From assembly GCF_009914755.1 (NCBI RefSeq), contig NC_060946.1: a DNA stretch of 64,000 nucleotides; one strand, 5' to 3'. A program made the translations under genes and the position numbers. Positions 57,480-64,000 of this stretch are shown here, piece after piece; position 1 is the stretch's first letter; every line of letters starts with the position of its first letter. The notes beneath the pieces are model-generated. The model worked only from the letters and a program-made list of their open reading frames with translations. It was not told where the DNA came from and searched no databases. The DNA is from the human T2T-CHM13v2.0 reference genome, Homo sapiens.

Positions 57480-57825
57480 GAAGGAAAGGAATTGAACGGA
57501 TTAGAGTGGAATGGAATGGAATGGAATGGAATGGAATGGAATGGAGTGGGTTGGAGTGGAGTGGAGTGAAATGAAGAGGAATGGAATGAGATGTAATGGA
57601 AAGGAATGCAGTGGAGTAGAGTGGAATGGAGTGGAGTGGGTTGGAGTGGAGTGGAGTGGAGTGGAGTGGAATGGAATGAAGAGGAATGGAATGGCATGTA
57701 ATGGAAGGGAATGCAGTGGAGTGGAGTGGAGTGGTGTGGAATGGAATTAAATGCAATTGAATGGAATGGAATAGAATGGAATAGAATTGAATGAAATGGA
57801 ATGGAATGAAAAGCTCAAACGAAAT

Positions 57826-57890
57826 GTGGGCTGAGATTGTGCCACTGCACTCCAGCCTGGGTGACGGAGTGAGATCCTGATGAAATAAAA
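57826..57890 (+). mobile_element. Alu 3'-terminal fragment, copy 2, with short A-rich tail
   Basis: GTGGGCTGAGATTGTGCCACTGCACTCCAGCCTGGGTGACGGAGTGAGATCCTGATGAAATAAAA. Confidence 0.92.
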
Positions 57891-57982
57891 GAATGGAATG
57901 GAATGAATTGGAATGAAATGGAATGGAATGGAATGGAATGGAATGGAATGGAATGGAATGGAATGAAAATCTCAAATGAAAT

Positions 57983-58045
57983 GTGGGCTGATTGTGCCAC
58001 TGCACTCCAGCCTGGGTGACGGAGTGAGATCCTGATGAAATAAAA
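57983..58045 (+). mobile_element. Alu 3'-terminal fragment, copy 3
   Basis: Same as copy 2 except for a 2-bp deletion (GGGCTG--ATTGTG). Starts 157 bp after copy 2. Confidence 0.92.
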
Positions 58046-58150
58046 GAATGGAATGGAACGAATTGGAATGAAATGGAATGGAATGGAATGGAATGGAATG
58101 GCGTGTAATGCACTGGAGTGGAGTGGAATGGAGTGAAGTAGAGTGGAAGG

Positions 58151-58620
58151 GAGTGGAATGGAATGGAATGGAATGGAGTGGAATGGAATGGAATGGAATG
58201 GAATGGAATGGAATGGAGTGGAATGGAATGGAATGGAATGGAATGGAATGGAGTGGAATGGAATGGAATGGAATGGAATGGAATGGAATGGAATGGAATG
58301 GAGTGGAGTGGAATGGAATGGAATGGAATGGAATGGAATGGAATGGAATGGAATGGAGTGGAGTGGAATGGAATGGAATGGAGTGGAGTGGAATGGAATG
58401 GAATGGAATGGAGTGGAGTGGAGTGGAATGGAATGGAATGGAATGGAATGGAATGGAGTGGAGTGGAGTGGAGTGGAATGGAATGGAATGGAATGGAATG
58501 GAGTGGAGTGGAGTGGAATGGAATGGAATGGAATGGAATGGAATGGAGTGGAGTGGAATGGAATGGAATGGAATGGAATGGAATGGAATGGAATGGAATG
58601 GAATGGAATGGAGTGGAGTG
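58151..58620 (+). repeat. Perfect two-variant pentamer tract (GAATG/GAGTG x94)
   Basis: All 94 in-phase pentamers are GAATG or GAGTG, with no other substitution or indel. Confidence 0.92.
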
Positions 58621-58628
58621 AAGTGGAG

Positions 58629-58975
58629 TGCAAAAATCCTCAGTAAAATACTAGCTAAACCGAATCCAGCAGCAAATCAAAAAGCTTATCCACCATGATC
58701 AAATCGGCTGCATCCCTGGGATGCAAGGCTGGTTCAACATATGCAAATCAATAAACATAATCCATCATATAAACAGAACCAACGACAAAAACCATATGAT
58801 TATCTCAATAGATGCAGAAAAGGCCTTTGACAATATTCAACAACTTTCATGCTAAAAACTCTCAATAAATTAGATATTGATGGGATGTATCTCAAAATAA
58901 TAAGCGCTATTTATGACAAACCCACAGCCAATATCATACTTAATGGGCAAAACCTGGAAGCATTCCCTTTGAAAA
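58629..58975 (+). mobile_element. LINE-1 (primate L1PA) ORF2 internal fragment, reverse-transcriptase region, truncated at both ends and frameshifted
   Basis: Translates to L1 ORF2p motifs AKILSKILA / [28 protein letters not shown]...[13 protein letters not shown]...[42 protein letters not shown]. There is a +1 insertion near 58656, and no poly-A or TSD. Confidence 0.95.
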
Positions 58976-59232
58976 TCTCAGTTACCTTTCCTTTGGATAT
59001 ATGTGTGAGGAAAGAGTACCTACAAACTACCCTTTTAGTTAAATGCCAAATACAATAAATATTAATACCTACAGTCCTCATGTTGTACATTAGATCCCTC
59101 AACTTGTTAATTCTACATAGCTACAACTTTGCATCCTTTGAATTCTATATCTCCATTTTCTCTTCTCACCCCCAGCCCCTGGTAACCACTGTTTTATACT
59201 CTATCTCTGCGTATTTAACTTTTTGTTATTTT
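58976..59232 (-). mobile_element. Old L1M (L1MA-like) 3'UTR fragment, antisense
   Basis: CATGTTGTACATTAGATC...ACTTTGCATCCTTTGA...CCCCAGCCCCTGGTAACCAC resembles the recalled reverse-complement L1MA 3' consensus. Boundaries are approximate. Confidence 0.7.
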
Positions 59233-60566
59233 TGTCCTGAGAAGTTTGTTGGGACTTTCAGCTAGGAGATAATATGTTGTGAGTCTTGAGTATCTCAAAT
59301 GATACCAGGTAAGAAGTTTTTCTTGTCTGGAGAGCAGAGAGCCAGTGCATAATTTTATACAGAAGAGGGAATAAAGAGAATTCTCTAAAATTTGAATCAG
59401 AAATATGGCTCATATTTTTATGTACAACAATCTCTAAGGCTTCTTGGAAAGGAACTAGCTGCCTGATTTTTTTTCATTTGAATCCACTAATACATGAAGA
59501 GGATGATTCTCCCATACCAATCACGAGAATGATATCTGTAGAATCAAAATTTGAAATCCTATTATCCTAGAGCTTTTTTCAGAAACCTTGAACATGTATT
59601 GAAATGTCATGCTGGTCATATATTTTATAACAATGAGGAATTTACTCATTATATACTTTAGCTTTTTAGCCCTTTCCCTGCCACCAGAAATGTTTCTTTT
59701 GAATCCAATATGGTCCTCAGGGTTTAAGAATGTTAAGGAATGTATAGGGGTTTCTTTTTTCTTCTTTTTTTTTTGTCAAGCTATTGTATATTTTTACTTT
59801 ACCTGTTTGGGTATGAAGTTACTATTTGTTTGGACTCTCATACCAGAAAAAAAATTATAGTGAATTTTACAAGTACGGAGTCTTCCTTAATCTGTATAAA
59901 CTGATAAGTTTAGAATATCAAAGTCAACACTGTAAAAAATAAAGTGATATTTTGTCTGGTCTATCTCCTTGCAAATAAAAAAACAATAAATTCTGTACTA
60001 TTATGAAATACATGAGCTTGAATATTTTTCAAGTGACTTGTGTAGAATGGCCTTCGAATCCAAGGTATAAACTACAACAAAACACTTTCGAGTTCTAGTT
60101 TGATTGCAGAGTGCATTCTTACTCATTTATATATTCTCTGCAATTTCTGATTCAAGATATTTCACAATTCTAAAGGAAAGCCAAAATAGGATAATAATTA
60201 CAAAACAAAATAAAAAGTAATTGAGGAAGATAATTGAGCAACTTACTCTTGACAACTAGCTTTTTAACAAACAGAAAAGTACACTAAAAATACTGCCGAG
60301 TTGTTTAACGTAGGCTGAGATCTGACTGTATCCCCTAAGTGAGTGTCATAAAGAAAAAATTACCTTTGAGGGAGCACAGTGGTTAAATTTAAAAGATTTA
60401 TTGTTTAACCTCAGGAAGACTTTCAGTAACTTTTTATAAAATGTATACATTTAATGGAAGACATGCTATGCTTCTTGTAAGAATTTGTTCCAAGTCATTG
60501 TGTACAATTAATGGCTTCTCTATATATTTTTTCAATAAAACTGTTCATGCAGAATTTTAAGTAGGC

Positions 60567-60711
60567 ACTTTCAATACCAGAATGAATGTGTCCTTGTGAA
60601 GATACCATTTATGTACCATAACATCCAAAGCATAATGAGATTTTGATACACTGCAGATTTAGAACTGAGTTGGAAAACAAAACTTCGAGATACTGTCTTG
60701 TCAGCACAAAG
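60567..60711 (+). repeat. Dispersed direct repeat, copy 1 (145 bp)
   Basis: ACTTTCAATACCAGAATGAATGT...GATACTGTCTTGTCAGCACAAAG recurs at 61306-61453, with 11 mismatches and one 3-bp indel by manual alignment. Confidence 0.93.
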
Positions 60712-61159
60712 CAAATAAATTCATCACTGTAAGTTGAGGTTTAAATTCACAAACTTATAAGCAATAAAATCAAAGTAATTTTATTATAAGTTTTTTGACG
60801 CCAGATTATATGGGGTAAATAATTTATTTTCTAATCAAGCAATTGATACATATAAACCTGAAATAGAGAGTTTTCCCTTTTAATTAGATACATTGTGAAG
60901 CAAAGAATGGTTGAAGCAGCAGTTGAGAATTATCTTTTTCTCTTTTTGCTGTTCTTACAAGGACAGTTTCTAGAATTGTTTTCAAAACAATAGAACAGAA
61001 AATTTCACTTACTCACTTAATTTAACTTTTGTTAATATACTTTGCCAAAATTAGCAAACTATGAAAGGAAAGTTTGCCTTTTCAATATATATGTAAGTGG
61101 CAAGTAAAAGTTGTTTTAAATCACGTGATCTCAGAAATAACATGGGATAAAAAGAGTTG

Positions 61160-61862
61160 TGAATGTGTTCAGAAAATGCCAGTCCTAAATGGATTGCTTT
61201 GGTGTACTGATTACATCGAACTGAAAATATTTGAAAAACAACAATTGCGGGACATGCTTTCTCTGCACTCCCTTTACGTTCCTCAAGGGAGGTCCTCCAA
61301 AAGGAACTTTCAATACCAGAATGAATGTATCTTTGTAAAGATACCATTTATCTACCATAACATCCAAAGTGTGATGAGGAGATTTTTATACACTGCAGAT
61401 TTAGAACTGAATTGGAAAACAAAGCTTCAAGATACTGTCTTGTCAGCACAAAGACATTCATCTCCTTCCTAGGAGTTTCATCAGCCAGGGAAAATTGACT
61501 CCTCATATCACAGGAGACAAGAATAAGGGTCCATACCACACCAAGACAGACTGCCACAAACTATCATCTATTCTCCTAAGGGTGTGGTCATCTTTCCCAA
61601 AAGTCATTTGCTCTCCCCTAAGTTTCCTACATTCTTCCTCCTGCCTTCCCTATAAGCTCCTAAATCTCACTGGGGTTTTTTCTTGGTGATGTTTTGTTTG
61701 TTTTGTTTTGTTTTTGATTCCACTTTTCTTTCCTGTGATTCCCCCATGCGTGTAATAAATGTGTATACTTATTCTTCTTTTGACATGCCTGTTATCCATT
61801 TATTTCATAGACTCAGTTATCATACCTTCAGAAGGTAGAGGGAATGTTCTACAAGTCCTACA
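61160..61862 (+). mobile_element. ERV1-class solo LTR (MER34/MER39-like)
   Basis: TG...CA termini (TGAATG...CCTACA) and flanking GTTG/GTTC as a possible 4-bp TSD with one mismatch. TATAAG at 61651 and AATAAA at 61754. The 5' part (CAGAAAATGCCAG...GCTTTGG...TGATTAC...GAACTGAAAA) resembles the recalled MER34/39 consensus. Confidence 0.7.
61306..61453 (+). repeat. Dispersed direct repeat, copy 2 (148 bp), lying inside the LTR
   Basis: About 92% identical to 60567-60711. Confidence 0.93.
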
Positions 61863-62149
61863 GTTCCAAAAGAAAATAGCTAGTAACTGCAAATGCAAAA
61901 GTCATATAAACTTTGAGACAAACTTAGCTTCTTATACGATATGTTCAGAAAGAAGAGGTGTGTTACACACCAAGGGACATTTCCCTGGTCTTAGCTCCTA
62001 AGTTTCTCTGAGAAGAAGCAGTTACTACTACAGCAGTTAAACACCTGACTCCCAAATTATAAAAGCCTAAGTGTTGATTTTAAATCATTAATTGTCACCT
62101 GTGAATCATAAAGTCTGAACTCTTTAAATTGCAAATACACATATAAAAC

Positions 62150-62284
62150 GGATACTTATAAAAGGATCCATGAGTGGAACTGCAAAGTTTTGTCAAAATC
62201 TGTATATATGTTTTCTTTTTAAGGGTCATAGATTTCAATATATGTTAAAAGATATCTGGAGCTAGTAAAGATTAATAACCATTT
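62150..62284. mobile_element. Possible highly decayed non-autonomous hAT-Charlie (MER) relic
   Basis: GGATCCATGA...AGGGTCATAGATTTCA...AAAGATTAATAACCATT weakly resembles recalled Charlie-type MITE ends (GGGTCCATAGCTTTCA...AAAGGTTAAGAACCACTG). Confidence 0.3.
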
Positions 62285-62718
62285 TCAGTTTTGTGCTGAA
62301 ATTGGCAAATCATGGCTTTTCTCCCTCCAACACACCCCCTCCTGCCCCAGCACACCACTGGTTAATCTTTATTTTCAGGAGAGAAAAATATGTTTCATAT
62401 TAATAAAGGTAAATTATACACTTGTTTGTTTTATACTTTTCCACCTCTTAAGCTTAATCGTGTTTTAATAATATATAATTGAATACATTAATATTTAGAT
62501 GTTAGTAAACGAATAACAAATGTTCATTATTTCTCTTGAGCAGAGGAATACAAATTTTGCACCCATTGTTTTATAGAATGATTTTTAAAATCTCATTCAA
62601 TCCCTTAGAAGTTTAAGATTTTTTTTCAAGAATTTATGTATAAAATTTTTACTTAGAAGCAGATAGTTCACAAAAAGTATGGGTTTTTTTTGGATTATAA
62701 ATAAACTATTCCACTCAC

Positions 62719-62853
62719 CAAGATGGTGAGACATCGTAATTTCTGGTATTTTGAAATGAAAACAAAACACAAGAATATGACAATGAAGCAAGTGAAAATT
62801 AAAAGGGTACAGACTTTAGAAGTACCATAAGCTAAAAATAAAGTGAAACAAAT
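62719..62853 (-). pseudogene. Candidate 135-nt exon of an unidentified gene/pseudogene encoding a hydrophobic, TM-like peptide
   Basis: Minus strand: acceptor gtttttggttcctttacag| and perfect donor CTTG|gtgagt. The phase 0-0 frame is open: ICFTLFLAYGTSKVCTLLIFTCFIVIFLCFVFISKYQKLRCLTIL. Confidence 0.55.
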
Positions 62854-63011
62854 CTGTAAAGGAACCAAAAACCCAGGCAGATATAACACAGTAAATTATG
62901 AGAAGCTAAAAAAAATGAAGGGGTGACAAACAATAAAGTGAAAATCTCTGATAAAGCCAAAACTATTTGAATGGCAGTCAACAAAACAGAAGAAAAAAAT
63001 GACACTCATAC

Positions 63012-63139
63012 CAAGGCAGAACTATGGAAATGCATCCCCGGGGGTAAGATAATAGAGTTGTGAATTAGTGGAGGCGAATTGCCAATACTGGCCAACTAAA
63101 GCCCGCTAACATGATTCAAACGATGGAGAAATTCTGTAC
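63012..63139 (-). pseudogene. Candidate 128-nt exon upstream of the previous one (158-nt GT-AG intron between them)
   Basis: Minus strand: acceptor actttttatcttcag| and donor CTTG|gtatga. Locally higher GC with several retained CpGs. The frame continuous with the next exon reads TEFLHRLNHVSGL*LASIGNSPPLIHNSIILPPGMHFHSSAL, with one TAG at 63098-63096. Confidence 0.5.
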
Positions 63140-63528
63140 CTGAAGATAAAAAGTCTGAAATATATTATGGTATAGTCAAATGAGTGTCATTTCTAATATA
63201 CACACTTATTTTTCAAGAGTTGATAATATGAAGTAAAAATTTAGTATGCAAAGTTCAAATTTTCCATTTGTTGAGTAATTCATTTTTATTAAATATTTTC
63301 CAACAATTAAAGTGGTACCAGAACAGAGTAGACATTCTGAGCTTTCACTTTACAAAAGCTACACATAAATCTACATACATTTAAAGGTATAAACAAAGTC
63401 AGAGCCTTGTGATATTTCAATAAACAATTGGAGAAAATTTTTCTTTAATAATAGATTATATACATATTGACCTCTTTGAGATCCTTATTTTTTTCTTTTT
63501 TTTGTGTGTGTGTGGACATATGTTTTCA

Positions 63529-64000
63529 TTTCTTTTTTTAATTATTATTATTATACATTAGGTTTTAGGGTACATGTGCAGAACGTGCAGGTTTGTTACA
63601 TATGTATACATGTGCCATGTTGGTGTGCTGCACCCATTAACTCGTCATTTAACATTAGGTATATCTTCTAATGCTATCCCTCCCCCTCCCCCCACCCCAC
63701 AACAGTCCCCAGTGTGTGATGTTCCCCTTCCTGTGTCCATGTGTTCTCATTGTTCAATTCCCACCTCTGAGGGAGAACATGTGGTGTTTGGTTTTTTGTC
63801 CTTGTGATAGTTTGCTGAGAATGATGGTTTCCAGCTTCATCCATGTCCCTACAAAGGACATGAACTCATCATTTTTTATGGCTGCATAGTATTCCATGTT
63901 GTATATGTGCCACATTTTCTTAATCCAGTCTATCATTGTTGGACATTTGGGTTGGTTCCAAGTCTTTGCTATTGTGAATAGTGCCACAATAAACATACGT
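63529..64000 (-). mobile_element. LINE-1 L1PA (approx. PA3-PA5) 3' end: ORF2 C-terminus, 3'UTR and A-rich tail; continues beyond the window
   Basis: ORF 63754..63996(-) MFIVALFTIAKTWNQPKCP...KTKHHMFSLRGGN* is the L1 ORF2p C-terminus. Canonical 3'UTR with a G-rich tract (C-rich on +, ~63678-63700) and a T/(ATT)n tail at 63529-63553. Confidence 0.97.

Larger units (their letters stand above)
8201..58628 (+). repeat. Human Satellite III-type array, domain 2: mixed (GGAAT)n/(GGAGT)n diverged pentamer satellite
   Basis: Continuous 5-bp periodicity with GGAGT about as common as GGAAT. GGACTCGA was not seen by eye. Same strand orientation throughout. Confidence 0.93.

Noticed and set aside
57424-58045. 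CRISPR-like pattern of a repeated unit with intervening sequence
   Set aside because: The repeats are Alu fragments and the spacers are satellite. The context is primate DNA and there are no cas genes.
1-58628. EWS-FLI1 GGAA microsatellite or canonical G-quadruplex array
   Set aside because: The period is 5 (GGAAT/GGAGT), not (GGAA)n. G-runs are almost all only two long, so canonical G3 quadruplex motifs are not a general feature.
36-58698. Hundreds of long ORFs (up to 890 aa) encoding (HSIPF/HSTPL)n on the minus strand and (MEWNG/VEWSG)n on the plus strand
   Set aside because: A 5-bp repeat without stop codons yields the same pentapeptide in all three frames. The ORFs overlap in every frame and have no unique domain, so they are not genes.
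58849-59058. 69-aa ORF with reverse-transcriptase similarity as a novel RT/retron-like system next to a repeat array
   Set aside because: It is a short, frameshifted internal piece of ordinary L1 ORF2 that ends before the catalytic FADD motif.
59400-59552. Minus-strand acceptor-like site (ttttgattctacag| at 59535)
   Set aside because: No convincing partner donor or open frame; such sites are common in AT-rich DNA.
61074-61472. 132-aa ORF in the non-satellite flank
   Set aside because: It runs across flank, LTR and the inserted duplicate, with no recognisable protein features; a chance ORF.
61691-61716. (GTTTT)n microsatellite, and a short T/(TG)n run at ~63488-63514
   Set aside because: Ordinary short simple repeats.

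Overview
Primate, most likely human, pericentromeric DNA at the edge of a Human Satellite III (HSat3; (GGAAT)n/(CATTC)n) array; not prokaryotic. Bases 1-58,628 are one G/A-rich-strand pentamer satellite with no visible inversion. It has two domains: a CpG-bearing GGACTCGAAT type (1 to ~8.2 kb) and a GGAAT/GGAGT mixed type (~8.2-58.6 kb) with nested duplications from 25 bp to ~6 kb. Near the edge are three copies of one captured Alu 3'-end fragment and a perfect 94-pentamer tract that joins directly onto an internal L1 ORF2 (RT) fragment. The last 5.4 kb is AT-rich non-satellite DNA. It contains an old L1M 3' fragment, a MER34/39-like solo LTR carrying a copy of nearby flanking DNA, two well-formed minus-strand exons of an unidentified probable pseudogene pointing toward the satellite, and the 3' end of an L1PA element. 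The hundreds of MEWNG/HSIPF ORFs are artefacts of the pentamer repeat. I found no intact protein-coding gene and no convincing novel biological system. Repeat family names come from recalled consensus sequences and were not searched. Satellite marker coordinates were read by eye.
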